Source of the DNA: Escherichia coli
GTDB lineage: Bacteria > Pseudomonadota > Gammaproteobacteria > Enterobacterales > Enterobacteriaceae
DNA length: 64,000 nucleotides
Assembly (NCBI RefSeq): GCF_041248615.1
Contig: NZ_CP158426.1
Reading direction: 5' to 3' (one strand)
The notes under the pieces are model-generated. The model saw nothing but the letters and a program-made list of their open reading frames with translations, was not told where the DNA came from and did not search any database. Below, one piece after another: positions 21,168-34,317 of this stretch (the stretch's first letter is position 1; every line of letters starts with the position of its first letter). The position numbers and the translations under genes were made by a program.

Positions 21168-22811
21168 ATGGAACTTCTTGTACTTGTCTGGCGGCAGTAT
21201 CGCTGGCCATTTATCAGTGTGATGGCGCTAAGCCTCGCCAGTGCGGCATTAGGCATTGGCTTAATTGCTTTTATCAATCAGCGTCTTATCGAAACGGCAG
21301 ATACCAGTCTGCTGGTGTTGCCGGAGTTTCTGGGATTATTGCTACTGTTGATGGCTGTCACTCTCGGATCGCAACTGGCGCTTACTACGCTGGGCCATCA
21401 CTTCGTTTACCGACTGCGTAGCGAATTTATCAAGCGGATTCTGGATACCCACGTCGAGCGCATTGAACAACTTGGTAGCGCTTCGTTGCTGGCGGGATTA
21501 ACCAGCGATGTGCGCAATATCACCATTGCTTTTGTGCGTCTGCCGGAACTGGTGCAGGGGATCATCCTCACTATCGGTTCCGCGGCGTACTTGTGGATGC
21601 TGTCGGGCAAAATGTTGCTGGTAACGGCTATCTGGATGGCAGTCACCATCTGGGGTGGTTTTGTACTGGTGGCGCGGGTGTACAAACATATGGCGACCCT
21701 GCGTGAAACCGAAGACAAGCTGTACACGGATTTTCAAACCGTACTCGAAGGGCGCAAAGAGCTGACTCTGAACCGGGAACGCGCCGAGTATGTGTTTAAC
21801 AACCTCTACATTCCTGATGCGCAAGAGTATCGCCATCATATTATTCGCGCAGACACCTTCCATCTTAGTGCCGTGAACTGGTCAAACATCATGATGCTGG
21901 GCGCTATCGGCCTGGTGTTCTGGATGGCGAACAGTCTCGGTTGGGCTGATACCAACGTTGCCGCGACCTATTCGTTGACGCTGTTATTCCTGCGTACGCC
22001 GCTGCTTTCGGCGGTTGGCGCATTACCGACGCTGCTGACGGCGCAGGTGGCGTTTAACAAGCTGAACAAATTCGCGCTCGCGCCTTTCAAAGCAGAGTTT
22101 CCGCGCCCGCAGGCGTTTCCCAACTGGCAAACGCTGGAGCTGCGTAACGTGACGTTTGCTTATCAGGATAACGCGTTTTCCGTTGGTCCGATTAATCTCA
22201 CCATCAAACGTGGCGAGCTGCTGTTTCTGATTGGTGGCAACGGTAGTGGAAAATCGACGCTGGCGATGTTGCTGACGGGCTTGTATCAGCCACAAAGCGG
22301 CGAAATCTTGCTGGATGACAACCCTGTCAGCGGCGAACAACCGGAAGATTATCGCAAACTGTTTTCGGCAGTGTTTACCGATGTCTGGCTGTTTGATCAA
22401 CTGCTGGGGCCGGAGGGGCAACCCGCTAACCCGCAACTGGTTGAGGAGTGGCTGGCGCAGCTGAAAATGGCTCATAAGCTTGAGTTAAGTAACGGGCGTA
22501 TTGTTAACCTGAAGTTATCGAAAGGGCAGAAAAAACGCGTGGCGCTGTTGCTGGCGCTGGCAGAAGAACGCGATATTATCCTGCTGGATGAATGGGCGGC
22601 GGATCAGGATCCACACTTCCGTCGTGAGTTTTATCAGGTGTTGCTGCCGCTGATGCAGGAGATGGGTAAAACTATTTTCGCCATCAGTCATGATGATCAT
22701 TACTTTATCCACGCCGACCGCCTGCTGGAAATGCGCAACGGGCAACTTAGCGAGCTGATAGGCGAAGAGCGCGATGCTGCTTCGCGTGATGCCGTTGCCC
22801 GGACGGCATAA
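21168..22811 (+). CDS. yojI: ABC transporter YojI (microcin J25 efflux), fused permease-ATPase
   Basis: 547-aa ORF with N-terminal transmembrane region and C-terminal Walker A (GGNGSGKST) and signature motifs. Confidence 0.93.
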   Translation: MELLVLVWRQYRWPFISVMALSLASAALGIGLIAFINQRLIETADTSLLVLPEFLGLLLLLMAVTLGSQLALTTLGHHFVYRLRSEFIKRILDTHVERIEQLGSASLLAGLTSDVRNITIAFVRLPELVQGIILTIGSAAYLWMLSGKMLLVTAIWMAVTIWGGFVLVARVYKHMATLRETEDKLYTDFQTVLEGRKELTLNRERAEYVFNNLYIPDAQEYRHHIIRADTFHLSAVNWSNIMMLGAIGLVFWMANSLGWADTNVAATYSLTLLFLRTPLLSAVGALPTLLTAQVAFNKLNKFALAPFKAEFPRPQAFPNWQTLELRNVTFAYQDNAFSVGPINLTIKRGELLFLIGGNGSGKSTLAMLLTGLYQPQSGEILLDDNPVSGEQPEDYRKLFSAVFTDVWLFDQLLGPEGQPANPQLVEEWLAQLKMAHKLELSNGRIVNLKLSKGQKKRVALLLALAEERDIILLDEWAADQDPHFRREFYQVLLPLMQEMGKTIFAISHDDHYFIHADRLLEMRNGQLSELIGEERDAASRDAVARTA

Positions 22812-23016
22812 TATTACGACGCTGACCTGGCGGACTGCTGTCGCCAGGTCAATATGCTAAAAATCCCTTCATTTCTAATAACCCTATAATTAATCAACGA
22901 AATTATAATGTTTCTAAAATTAGAATATAATTTATAAACATTATTTAAATGTTGTTACTTAAGTGTTACCGTTGATGCCGCGCAAATCTCACCTGCAATA
23001 AAGCGACTAAAAGTAA

Positions 23017-24675
<1,659 letters not shown>

Positions 24676-24679
24676 TGAT

Positions 24680-24812
24680 GTGCCACATCCGGCATGGTAT
24701 GCCGGATGTGGCGTATGCAGATAAGACGCGTCAGCGTCGCATCAGGCAACCGGCTCGGGCGTTGGATGTCGGATGCGGCGTGACCGCCTTATCCGGCCTA
24801 CGGGGTGGAGCA
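24680..24812. repeat. REP/BIME cluster between convergent mqo and eco
   Basis: Several gccggatg / cggatgcggcg / ccttatccggcctac units in alternating orientation. Confidence 0.8.
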
Positions 24813-24824
24813 CTTCACGGCAGT

Positions 24825-25313
24825 TTAGCGGACTACCGCGTTGTCAATTTTCTCTTCCGCCTTCCAGACGCGGTACTTCACATCCACATTGTCTGGCGTA
24901 TACACCACGATCGGCAGCTTGCTGTTGTAACGCAGCATTCCAGCATCGCCCAGATATGCGGTGACAAATTTCTTCTCTTTCTTGCCATCCGGGCAGGCCA
25001 TCATCGTGGAAACCGGCGAGCTAACTTTATCAAAGACATAATAATCATAGCCCCAGCCTTCCAGCGTTTTGCTTTCCAGCTTCCCGCCGAGACGATGCAA
25101 ATTGCAATCGACTTCCAGCGTCTGGCCGATTAACAGTTCTACTTTCAGGGTAGATTCATCTTCTTGCGGGGTTAACTGAATCACCTGACGCTTCATGCCT
25201 TTTTCAGCTTGTGGATAAGGCGCGATTTTTTCCAGTGGCTGGACGCTTTCCGCCGCCCAGGCGGAAGTGGTGGCGAAAGCGGCAAACAATACTGCAGGTA
25301 GAATGGTCTTCAT
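24825..25313 (-). CDS. eco: Ecotin, periplasmic serine protease inhibitor
   Basis: Start set at [20 protein letters not shown] (162 aa), not the upstream in-frame Met. Confidence 0.95.
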
Positions 25314-25498
25314 TTTTTTGCTTTCCTTCTTCATTTATAGGTTTTCACCGATGATGTCGCTGAAGGTTAACATATTCATCAGATTTATTAATTTGCTTTA
25401 TGAATAACTTAAAGAACATTCAGACAATTTTACCTGCTCTTTTAGTGTTAAATTCTGATGAGAAAACAAACCAGCAGAAATATCTCTGGCGAATTAAT

Positions 25499-25522
25499 CG
25501 CTATATAAATATGTTTATAACC
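25499..25522. promoter_or_regulatory. ModE operator of the napF promoter
   Basis: CGCTATATA-N6-TTATAACC dyad; centre lies exactly 89 bp upstream of the NarP site centre, matching the reported -133.5 / -44.5 architecture. Confidence 0.55.
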
Positions 25523-25572
25523 ATTTGAAATGTGAGCAAAAGCCCGTTTTTGCCACGCTTCCCGCCACTCTT

Positions 25573-25586
25573 TTGATCCTGCCACA
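25573..25586. promoter_or_regulatory. Probable FNR site of napF P1
   Basis: TTGATcctgCCACA; consensus left half-site only, but centred 20 bp upstream of the NarP site as expected for the -64.5 FNR site. Confidence 0.45.
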
Positions 25587-25591
25587 GGTTT

Positions 25592-25607
25592 TACCCCGAT
25601 CGGGGTA
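25592..25607. promoter_or_regulatory. NarP/NarL 7-2-7 heptamer pair
   Basis: Perfect palindrome TACCCCG-AT-CGGGGTA, followed by a TAATAT -10 at about 25628-25633. Confidence 0.85.
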
Positions 25608-25720
25608 TGCATCTTTGACACATCCTTTAATATCTTAGCGGCTATAAAAATGGCTTATTAATTATGCGGTTTATTTGGTCGCTCTCAATTTTCAGAGCGC
25701 GTTAATGATGGAAGGTCAAT

Positions 25721-26215
25721 GTGAAGATTGATGCATCCCGTCGGGGCATACTCACTGGTCGCTGGCGCAAAGCCAGTAACGGTATCCGTCCGCCCTGGTC
25801 CGGTGATGAATCTCATTTTCTGACCCATTGCACCCGCTGCGACGCCTGTATTAATGCTTGTGAAAACAACATTCTGCAACGCGGCGCGGGCGGCTATCCG
25901 AGCGTTAATTTCAAAAATAACGAGTGCAGCTTCTGTTACGCCTGCGCGCAGGCTTGCCCCGAATCGCTATTTTCTCCGCGCCACACCAGGGCCTGGGATT
26001 TGCTGTTCACCATCGGGGAGGCGTGCCTGGCGTATCAAACAGTTGAATGCCGCCGCTGTCAGGATAGCTGTGAGCCAATGGCAATTATCTTTCGCCCGAC
26101 GCTCTCCGGGATCTACCAGCCGCAACTTAATAGCCAACTTTGCAACGGATGTGGAGCATGTGCAGCCAGCTGTCCGGTATCAGCCATAACTGCGGAGTAT
26201 CTCCATGCACACTAA
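25721..26215 (+). CDS. napF: Ferredoxin-type protein NapF
   Basis: 164-aa ORF with multiple CxxCxxCxxxCP 4Fe-4S motifs. Confidence 0.95.
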   Translation: MKIDASRRGILTGRWRKASNGIRPPWSGDESHFLTHCTRCDACINACENNILQRGAGGYPSVNFKNNECSFCYACAQACPESLFSPRHTRAWDLLFTIGEACLAYQTVECRRCQDSCEPMAIIFRPTLSGIYQPQLNSQLCNGCGACAASCPVSAITAEYLHAH

Positions 26216-26468
26216 CTGGCAAGTTTGCAGCCTGGTCGTGCAGGCCAAAAGCGAACGAATTTCAGACATCAGCACCCAACTGAACGCCTTTCCCGGCTGT
26301 GAAGTTGCTGTCAGCGACGCGCCGAGCGGTCAGTTGATTGTGGTGGTGGAAGCAGAAGACAGCGAAACGCTGATCCAAACCATTGAGTCAGTACGCAACG
26401 TAGAGGGCGTGCTGGCGGTGTCGCTGGTTTATCACCAGCAGGAAGAGCAAGGTGAGGAAACACCATGA
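26205..26468 (+). CDS. napD: NapA chaperone NapD
   Basis: 87-aa ORF overlapping the napF end and the napA start. Confidence 0.93.
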   Translation: MHTNWQVCSLVVQAKSERISDISTQLNAFPGCEVAVSDAPSGQLIVVVEAEDSETLIQTIESVRNVEGVLAVSLVYHQQEEQGEETP

Positions 26469-28951
26469 AACTCAGTCGTCGTAGCTTTATGAAAGCTAAC
26501 GCCGTTGCGGCCGCTGCGGCGGCTGCCGGTCTCAGCGTGCCGGGCGTTGCCCGCGCCGTTGTTGGTCAGCAGGAAGCCATTAAATGGGATAAAGCGCCGT
26601 GCCGTTTCTGCGGTACTGGTTGCGGCGTTCTGGTCGGAACGCAGCAGGGGCGTGTGGTGGCCTGTCAGGGCGACCCGGACGCACCGGTTAACCGTGGCCT
26701 GAACTGCATTAAGGGCTATTTCCTGCCCAAGATCATGTACGGTAAAGACCGTTTGACGCAGCCGCTGCTGCGTATGAAAAACGGTAAATATGACAAAGAA
26801 GGCGAATTTACCCCAATCACCTGGGATCAGGCCTTCGATGTGATGGAAGAGAAATTCAAAACCGCCCTGAAAGAAAAAGGGCCGGAATCGATCGGTATGT
26901 TCGGTTCTGGTCAGTGGACTATCTGGGAAGGTTATGCCGCGTCCAAGCTGTTTAAAGCGGGCTTCCGTTCGAACAACATCGACCCGAACGCGCGTCACTG
27001 TATGGCGTCGGCAGTAGTTGGCTTTATGCGTACCTTTGGTATGGATGAGCCGATGGGCTGCTATGACGACATCGAGCAGGCTGACGCGTTTGTGCTGTGG
27101 GGCGCAAACATGGCGGAGATGCACCCGATCCTCTGGTCGCGCATCACTAACCGTCGTCTCTCTAACCAGAACGTCACCGTGGCGGTGCTTTCTACCTACC
27201 AGCATCGTAGCTTCGAACTGGCGGATAACGGCATCATCTTTACGCCACAGTCTGACCTGGTGATCCTGAACTACATCGCCAACTATATCATTCAAAACAA
27301 TGCGATAAATCAGGACTTCTTCAGCAAGCACGTTAACCTGCGCAAAGGGGCGACGGACATCGGCTACGGTTTACGTCCGACCCATCCGCTGGAAAAAGCA
27401 GCGAAGAATCCGGGTTCTGACGCCTCCGAACCGATGAGCTTTGAAGATTACAAAGCCTTCGTTGCCGAGTATACGCTGGAAAAAACCGCCGAAATGACTG
27501 GCGTACCAAAAGATCAGCTGGAACAACTGGCGCAGCTGTATGCCGATCCGAACAAGAAAGTCATCTCCTACTGGACGATGGGCTTCAACCAGCATACTCG
27601 TGGCGTGTGGGCCAACAACCTGGTCTACAACCTGCACCTGCTGACCGGCAAAATTTCCCAGCCGGGTTGCGGTCCGTTCTCCCTGACCGGGCAGCCTTCC
27701 GCGTGTGGTACTGCGCGTGAAGTGGGCACCTTTGCTCACCGTCTGCCTGCGGACATGGTGGTAACTAACGAGAAACATCGTGATATCTGCGAGAAGAAGT
27801 GGAATATCCCGAGCGGCACCATTCCGGCGAAAATCGGTCTGCATGCGGTAGCACAAGACCGTGCGCTGAAAGACGGCAAGCTGAATGTTTACTGGACCAT
27901 GTGTACCAACAACATGCAGGCCGGGCCGAACATCAATGAAGAGCGTATGCCGGGCTGGCGCGATCCGCGCAACTTCATCATCGTCTCCGATCCGTATCCG
28001 ACAGTCAGTGCTCTGGCCGCCGACTTGATCCTGCCGACCGCAATGTGGGTAGAAAAAGAGGGTGCTTACGGTAACGCCGAACGCCGTACTCAGTTCTGGC
28101 GTCAGCAGGTACAGGCACCGGGCGAAGCGAAATCGGATCTCTGGCAGTTAGTCCAGTTCTCCCGCCGCTTCAAAACTGAAGAAGTATGGCCGGAAGAGCT
28201 GCTGGCGAAGAAACCGGAACTGCGTGGCAAAACGCTGTACGAAGTTCTGTATGCCACCCCGGAAGTGAGCAAATTCCCGGTATCCGAACTGGCGGAAGAT
28301 CAGCTGAACGATGAATCCCGCGAGCTGGGCTTCTATCTGCAAAAAGGGCTGTTCGAAGAGTACGCATGGTTTGGTCGCGGTCACGGTCACGATCTCGCGC
28401 CGTTCGATGACTACCACAAAGCGCGCGGTCTGCGCTGGCCGGTGGTGAACGGTAAAGAAACGCAGTGGCGTTACAGCGAAGGTAACGACCCGTACGTGAA
28501 AGCGGGCGAAGGCTATAAGTTCTACGGTAAACCGGATGGCAAAGCGGTGATCTTCGCACTGCCTTTCGAACCGGCGGCGGAAGCACCGGATGAAGAGTAC
28601 GATCTGTGGCTCTCTACCGGACGCGTTCTGGAGCACTGGCACACCGGCAGTATGACTCGCCGTGTGCCGGAACTGCACCGCGCTTTCCCGGAAGCGGTCC
28701 TGTTTATTCACCCGCTGGATGCGAAAGCGCGCGATCTGCGCCGTGGCGACAAAGTGAAAGTGGTTTCTCGCCGTGGCGAAGTGATCTCGATTGTCGAAAC
28801 GCGCGGTCGTAACCGTCCGCCACAGGGCCTGGTGTACATGCCGTTCTTCGATGCCGCACAGCTGGTTAACAAACTGACGCTGGACGCGACCGATCCGCTC
28901 TCGAAAGAGACGGACTTCAAGAAGTGCGCGGTCAAACTGGAGAAGGTGTAA
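26465..28951 (+). CDS. napA: Periplasmic nitrate reductase catalytic subunit NapA
   Basis: 828-aa ORF with twin-arginine signal (SRRSFMK) and molybdopterin oxidoreductase motifs. Confidence 0.97.
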   Translation: MKLSRRSFMKANAVAAAAAAAGLSVPGVARAVVGQQEAIKWDKAPCRFCGTGCGVLVGTQQGRVVACQGDPDAPVNRGLNCIKGYFLPKIMYGKDRLTQPLLRMKNGKYDKEGEFTPITWDQAFDVMEEKFKTALKEKGPESIGMFGSGQWTIWEGYAASKLFKAGFRSNNIDPNARHCMASAVVGFMRTFGMDEPMGCYDDIEQADAFVLWGANMAEMHPILWSRITNRRLSNQNVTVAVLSTYQHRSFELADNGIIFTPQSDLVILNYIANYIIQNNAINQDFFSKHVNLRKGATDIGYGLRPTHPLEKAAKNPGSDASEPMSFEDYKAFVAEYTLEKTAEMTGVPKDQLEQLAQLYADPNKKVISYWTMGFNQHTRGVWANNLVYNLHLLTGKISQPGCGPFSLTGQPSACGTAREVGTFAHRLPADMVVTNEKHRDICEKKWNIPSGTIPAKIGLHAVAQDRALKDGKLNVYWTMCTNNMQAGPNINEERMPGWRDPRNFIIVSDPYPTVSALAADLILPTAMWVEKEGAYGNAERRTQFWRQQVQAPGEAKSDLWQLVQFSRRFKTEEVWPEELLAKKPELRGKTLYEVLYATPEVSKFPVSELAEDQLNDESRELGFYLQKGLFEEYAWFGRGHGHDLAPFDDYHKARGLRWPVVNGKETQWRYSEGNDPYVKAGEGYKFYGKPDGKAVIFALPFEPAAEAPDEEYDLWLSTGRVLEHWHTGSMTRRVPELHRAFPEAVLFIHPLDAKARDLRRGDKVKVVSRRGEVISIVETRGRNRPPQGLVYMPFFDAAQLVNKLTLDATDPLSKETDFKKCAVKLEKV

Positions 28952-28957
28952 GCCATT

Positions 28958-29653
28958 ATGTCCCGGTCAGCGAAACCTCAAAATGGTCGCCGCCGCTTTC
29001 TGCGCGATGTTGTTCGCACAGCAGGCGGGCTGGCTGCCGTGGGTGTGGCGCTGGGGTTACAACAGCAAACCGCACGCGCATCTGGCGTGCGGTTGCGCCC
29101 GCCCGGAGCCATAAACGAGAACGCCTTTGCCAGTGCCTGTGTGCGTTGCGGTCAGTGTGTTCAGGCTTGCCCTTACGACACCTTAAAACTGGCGACGCTG
29201 GCCTCTGGTCTGTCGGCGGGCACGCCGTACTTTGTTGCGCGGGATATTCCTTGCGAAATGTGTGAGGACATTCCGTGCGCCAAAGTGTGCCCGAGCGGTG
29301 CGCTGGATCGTGAGATCGAATCGATCGACGACGCGCGGATGGGGCTGGCGGTACTGGTGGACCAGGAAAACTGTCTCAACTTTCAGGGGCTGCGCTGCGA
29401 TGTTTGTTATCGCGAATGCCCGAAAATTGATGAGGCAATCACCCTGGAGCTGGAACGCAACACGCGTACCGGTAAGCACGCCCGCTTTCTGCCGACGGTT
29501 CACAGCGACGCCTGTACCGGTTGCGGTAAGTGCGAAAAAGTGTGCGTGCTGGAACAACCGGCAATCAAGGTGTTACCGCTGTCACTGGCGAAAGGGGAGT
29601 TAGGTCACCATTACCGCTTCGGCTGGCTGGAGGGGAACAATGGCAAATCGTAA
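28958..29653 (+). CDS. napG: Ferredoxin-type protein NapG
   Basis: 231-aa ORF with Tat signal (RRRFLR) and four Cys clusters. Confidence 0.95.
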
Positions 29654-30503
29654 ACGTGACGCCGGGCGCGAGGCGCTGGAGAAAAAAGGCTGGTGGCGCA
29701 GTCACCGTTGGCTGGTGTTACGTCGCCTTTGTCAGTTCTTCGTGCTGGGGATGTTTTTGAGCGGTCCGTGGTTTGGTGTGTGGATCTTGCACGGCAACTA
29801 CAGCAGTAGCCTGTTATTCGACACCGTTCCACTGACCGATCCGCTGATGACGCTGCAAAGTCTTGCCAGCGGTCATCTGCCTGCCACGGTGGCGTTGACC
29901 GGTGCGGTGATTATCACCGTGCTCTACGCGCTGGCAGGAAAGCGATTATTTTGCAGCTGGGTCTGCCCGCTGAATCCGATTACCGACTTAGCGAACTGGT
30001 TACGCAGACGATTTGACCTCAATCAGTCTGCGACGATCCCTCGCCACATTCGCTACGTGCTGTTGGTGGTCATTCTGCTGGGATCGGCCTTAACCGGCAC
30101 GCTCATCTGGGAATGGATCAACCCCGTTTCCCTGATGGGGCGCAGTCTGGTAATGGGATTCGGCAGCGGCGCGCTGCTTATTCTCGCGCTGTTTTTATTT
30201 GATCTACTGGTCGTTGAACACGGCTGGTGCGGGCACATTTGTCCGGTTGGCGCGCTGTATGGCGTGCTGGGTAGCAAAGGTGTCATTACCGTTGCGGCCA
30301 CCGATCGGCAGAAATGTAACCGCTGTATGGATTGTTTTCATGTTTGCCCGGAACCGCATGTGCTACGTGCCCCGGTGCTGGATGAACAAAGCCCGGTGCA
30401 GGTCACCAGCCGCGATTGCATGACGTGCGGTCGCTGCGTGGATGTCTGTTCTGAGGATGTATTTACAATAACTACACGATGGAGTTCGGGAGCGAAATCA
30501 TGA
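29640..30503 (+). CDS. napH: Membrane ferredoxin-type protein NapH
   Basis: 287-aa ORF with transmembrane segments and C-terminal Cys clusters. Confidence 0.95.
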
Positions 30504-30949
30504 AAAGCCATGACCTGAAGAAAGCGCTGTGTCAATGGACGGCGATGCTGGCCCTGGTGGTGAGCGGCGCGGTTTGGGCGGCTAATGGCGTCGATTTTAG
30601 CCAGTCGCCGGAAGTATCCGGGACGCAGGAAGGGGCCATTCGGATGCCAAAAGAGCAGGATCGGATGCCGCTGAACTATGTGAATCAGCCGCCAATGATC
30701 CCGCATAGCGTTGAAGGTTATCAGGTAACGACCAATACCAACCGCTGCTTGCAGTGCCACGGTGTCGAAAGCTATCGCACCACTGGCGCGCCGCGCATCA
30801 GTCCTACTCACTTTATGGACAGCGACGGCAAAGTGGGCGCGGAAGTGGCTCCACGTCGTTACTTCTGTCTGCAATGTCACGTGCCGCAGGCTGATACCGC
30901 GCCAATCGTGGGGAATACCTTTACCCCGTCAAAAGGTTACGGGAAATAA
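30500..30949 (+). CDS. napB: Diheme cytochrome c NapB
   Basis: Start set at [13 protein letters not shown] (149 aa); two CxxCH motifs (CLQCH twice). Confidence 0.95.
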   Translation: MKSHDLKKALCQWTAMLALVVSGAVWAANGVDFSQSPEVSGTQEGAIRMPKEQDRMPLNYVNQPPMIPHSVEGYQVTTNTNRCLQCHGVESYRTTGAPRISPTHFMDSDGKVGAEVAPRRYFCLQCHVPQADTAPIVGNTFTPSKGYGK

Positions 30950-30958
30950 GAGGTTATT

Positions 30959-31561
30959 ATGGGAAATTCTGACCGTAAGCCTGGTCTGATTAAGCGCCTG
31001 TGGAAATGGTGGCGTACCCCCAGCCGTCTGGCGCTGGGGACGCTGCTGTTGATCGGCTTTGTTGGCGGCATCGTCTTCTGGGGCGGCTTTAACACCGGGA
31101 TGGAAAAAGCCAATACCGAAGAGTTCTGCATTAGCTGCCACGAAATGCGTAACACGGTGTATCAGGAATACATGGATTCCGTGCACTACAACAACCGTAG
31201 CGGCGTTCGTGCGACCTGTCCGGATTGTCACGTTCCGCACGAGTTTGTGCCGAAGATGATACGCAAGCTCAAAGCAAGTAAAGAGCTGTATGGTAAAATT
31301 TTTGGCGTTATTGACACGCCGCAGAAATTTGAAGCTCATCGCCTGACGATGGCACAGAATGAGTGGCGGCGCATGAAGGACAATAACTCGCAGGAGTGCC
31401 GTAACTGTCACAACTTCGAGTATATGGATACAACCGCCCAGAAATCGGTTGCCGCGAAGATGCATGACCAGGCGGTGAAAGATGGGCAAACCTGTATTGA
31501 TTGCCATAAAGGGATAGCGCACAAGCTGCCCGATATGCGCGAAGTCGAGCCAGGTTTTTAA
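30959..31561 (+). CDS. napC: Tetraheme cytochrome c NapC (NapC/NirT family)
   Basis: 200-aa ORF with four CxxCH motifs. Confidence 0.95.
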   Translation: MGNSDRKPGLIKRLWKWWRTPSRLALGTLLLIGFVGGIVFWGGFNTGMEKANTEEFCISCHEMRNTVYQEYMDSVHYNNRSGVRATCPDCHVPHEFVPKMIRKLKASKELYGKIFGVIDTPQKFEAHRLTMAQNEWRRMKDNNSQECRNCHNFEYMDTTAQKSVAAKMHDQAVKDGQTCIDCHKGIAHKLPDMREVEPGF

Positions 31562-31573
31562 CAGGGTTATTGC

Positions 31574-32197
31574 GTGGGTATGCTTGAAGCCAGAGAGTTA
31601 CTTTGCGAGCGGGATGAACGAACCTTATTTAGTGGCTTGTCATTTACGCTGAACGCAGGAGAGTGGGTACAAATCACCGGTAGCAACGGCGCGGGGAAGA
31701 CAACGCTTCTCCGTTTGCTGACGGGGTTGTCTCGCCCTGATGCGGGAGACGTTCTCTGGCAAGGGCAGCCCTTGCATCAGGTACGCGACAGCTACCATCA
31801 AAACCTGTTATGGATAGGCCATCAGCCGGGGATCAAAACCCGGCTGACGGCGTTAGAAAATCTGCACTTTTATCATCGCGATGGCGATACCGCACAATGT
31901 CTGGAAGCCCTGGCGCAGGCCGGGCTTGCCGGATTCGAAGATATTCCGGTAAATCAACTTTCTGCCGGGCAACAACGCCGCGTCGCTTTAGCGCGTCTGT
32001 GGTTGACCCGTGCCACGTTATGGATCCTCGACGAGCCTTTTACCGCGATTGACGTTAACGGCGTCGATCGTCTGACCCAGCGTATGGCGCAGCATACGGA
32101 GCAGGGGGGGATTGTGATTCTGACTACCCACCAGCCGCTCAACGTTGCTGAAAGTAAAATTCGCCGCATTTCACTGACGCAAACGAGGGCCGCATGA
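31574..32197 (+). CDS. ccmA: Heme exporter ATP-binding protein CcmA
   Basis: 207-aa ORF with Walker [10 protein letters not shown]. Confidence 0.95.
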   Translation: MGMLEARELLCERDERTLFSGLSFTLNAGEWVQITGSNGAGKTTLLRLLTGLSRPDAGDVLWQGQPLHQVRDSYHQNLLWIGHQPGIKTRLTALENLHFYHRDGDTAQCLEALAQAGLAGFEDIPVNQLSAGQQRRVALARLWLTRATLWILDEPFTAIDVNGVDRLTQRMAQHTEQGGIVILTTHQPLNVAESKIRRISLTQTRAA

Positions 32198-32856
32198 TGT
32201 TCTGGCGCATTTTCCGTCTTGAGCTGCGCGTAGCGTTTCGCCATAGCGCCGAAATCGCCAACCCGCTGTGGTTCTTCCTGATTGTCATTACCCTTTTTCC
32301 GCTCAGTATCGGTCCGGAGCCGCAACTGCTGGCGCGTATTGCACCGGGCATTATCTGGGTTGCTGCGCTGCTTTCATCCTTGCTGGCGCTGGAACGATTG
32401 TTCCGTGACGATTTGCAGGACGGCAGTCTTGAACAATTGATGTTGTTGCCGTTACCCTTGCCCGCCGTTGTGCTGGCGAAGGTGATGGCGCACTGGATGG
32501 TAACCGGTCTGCCGTTACTCATCCTTTCGCCACTGGTAGCAATGCTACTGGGAATGGATGTTTATGGCTGGCAAGTGATGGCGCTGACGCTGCTGCTGGG
32601 AACGCCTACGCTTGGCTTTCTCGGTGCACCGGGCGTGGCGCTGACAGTGGGACTTAAGCGCGGTGGTGTGCTGCTCAGCATACTGGTGTTACCGCTGACT
32701 ATCCCATTACTCATCTTTGCCACCGCCGCGATGGACGCGGCTTCCATGCATTTGCCCGTTAACGGGTATCTGGCAATTTTAGGCGCGTTGCTGGCAGGCA
32801 CCGCGACATTAAGTCCTTTTGCGACGGCGGCAGCGTTACGAATCAGCATTCAATAA
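32194..32856 (+). CDS. ccmB: Heme exporter membrane protein CcmB
   Basis: 220-aa membrane ORF, 4-bp overlap with ccmA. Confidence 0.95.
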   Translation: MMFWRIFRLELRVAFRHSAEIANPLWFFLIVITLFPLSIGPEPQLLARIAPGIIWVAALLSSLLALERLFRDDLQDGSLEQLMLLPLPLPAVVLAKVMAHWMVTGLPLLILSPLVAMLLGMDVYGWQVMALTLLLGTPTLGFLGAPGVALTVGLKRGGVLLSILVLPLTIPLLIFATAAMDAASMHLPVNGYLAILGALLAGTATLSPFATAAALRISIQ

Positions 32857-32897
32857 CGCTGGATTACTGATTTTTGTTCGAGTCTGGTATCGAAACT

Positions 32898-33635
32898 ATG
32901 TGGAAAACACTGCATCAACTGGCGATCCCACCACGGCTGTATCAAATCTGTGGCTGGTTTATACCGTGGCTGGCAATTGCCAGTGTGGTCGTGCTTACCG
33001 TCGGCTGGATCTGGGGATTCGGCTTTGCTCCGGCTGATTATCAGCAGGGAAATAGCTACCGCATTATCTACCTGCATGTGCCTGCGGCGATCTGGTCGAT
33101 GGGCATTTATGCATCAATGGCGGTGGCGGCGTTTATTGGCCTTGTCTGGCAGATGAAAATGGCCAACCTGGCGGTGGCGGCGATGGCCCCCATTGGTGCC
33201 GTGTTTACCTTTATTGCCCTGGTTACCGGCTCTGCATGGGGAAAACCGATGTGGGGCACTTGGTGGGTATGGGACGCACGCCTGACTTCTGAACTGGTGC
33301 TGCTGTTTTTGTATGTGGGTGTGATTGCCCTGTGGCACGCCTTCGACGACCGCCGTCTGGCGGGCCGTGCGGCAGGTATCCTGGTGCTGATTGGCGTGGT
33401 GAATCTGCCGATTATTCATTACTCCGTGGAGTGGTGGAACACCCTGCATCAGGGATCAACGCGGATGCAGCAAAGTATCGATCCGGCGATGCGTTCGCCG
33501 CTGCGCTGGTCGATTTTTGGCTTCCTGCTGCTGTCTGCCACGCTGACGCTGATGCGGATGCGTAATTTGATTTTGCTGATGGAAAAACGCCGTCCGTGGG
33601 TGAGTGAACTGATACTGAAAAGAGGCCGTAAATGA
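32898..33635 (+). CDS. ccmC: Heme exporter protein CcmC
   Basis: Start set at MWKTLHQLAIPPRLYQ (245 aa); WGxxWxWD tryptophan-rich motif present. Confidence 0.94.
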   Translation: MWKTLHQLAIPPRLYQICGWFIPWLAIASVVVLTVGWIWGFGFAPADYQQGNSYRIIYLHVPAAIWSMGIYASMAVAAFIGLVWQMKMANLAVAAMAPIGAVFTFIALVTGSAWGKPMWGTWWVWDARLTSELVLLFLYVGVIALWHAFDDRRLAGRAAGILVLIGVVNLPIIHYSVEWWNTLHQGSTRMQQSIDPAMRSPLRWSIFGFLLLSATLTLMRMRNLILLMEKRRPWVSELILKRGRK

Positions 33636-33841
33636 CCCCTGCATTTGCTTCCTGGAATGAATTTTTCGCAATGGGCGGTTACGCCTTTTTTGTCTGGCTG
33701 GCGGTGGTGATGACCGTTATTCCGCTGGTGGTTTTGGTCGTGCACTCGGTGATGCAGCATCGCGCAATTCTGCGTGGCGTGGCGCAACAGCGGGCGCGTG
33801 AGGCGCGTTTACGTGCTGCGCAACAGCAGGAGGCTGCATGA
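33632..33841 (+). CDS. ccmD: Heme exporter protein CcmD
   Basis: 69-aa ORF overlapping ccmC and ccmE. Confidence 0.92.
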
Positions 33842-34317
33842 ATATTCGCCGTAAAAACCGCTTGTGGATTGCCTGTGCCGTGTTGGCGGGGCTGGCGCTG
33901 ACTATCGGTCTGGTGCTGTATGCGCTGCGCTCGAATATCGATCTCTTTTATACGCCGGGGGAAATTCTCTACGGCAAGCGTGAAACTCAGCAAATGCCGG
34001 AAGTCGGTCAGCGTCTGCGCGTTGGCGGGATGGTGATGCCGGGTAGTGTGCAGCGCGATCCCAATTCGCTGAAAGTAACTTTCACCATTTACGATGCTGA
34101 AGGTTCAGTGGATGTCTCTTACGAAGGCATTTTGCCGGATCTGTTCCGTGAAGGGCAGGGCGTTGTGGTGCAGGGCGAGCTGGAAAAAGGCAATCATATC
34201 CTCGCGAAAGAAGTGCTGGCGAAACATGATGAAAACTACACGCCGCCAGAAGTTGAGAAAGCGATGGAAGCTAACCACCGTCGCCCGGCGAGTGTTTATA
34301 AGGACCCAGCATCATGA
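33838..34317 (+). CDS. ccmE: Heme chaperone CcmE
   Basis: 159-aa ORF, N-terminus [19 protein letters not shown]. Confidence 0.95.

Noticed and set aside
22870-22960. AT-rich imperfect palindrome (aatgtttctaaaatt ... aatttataaacatt) upstream of mqo
   Set aside because: Consistent with an ordinary AT-rich promoter or regulator-binding region for mqo; no evidence of an RNA gene or mobile-element end.
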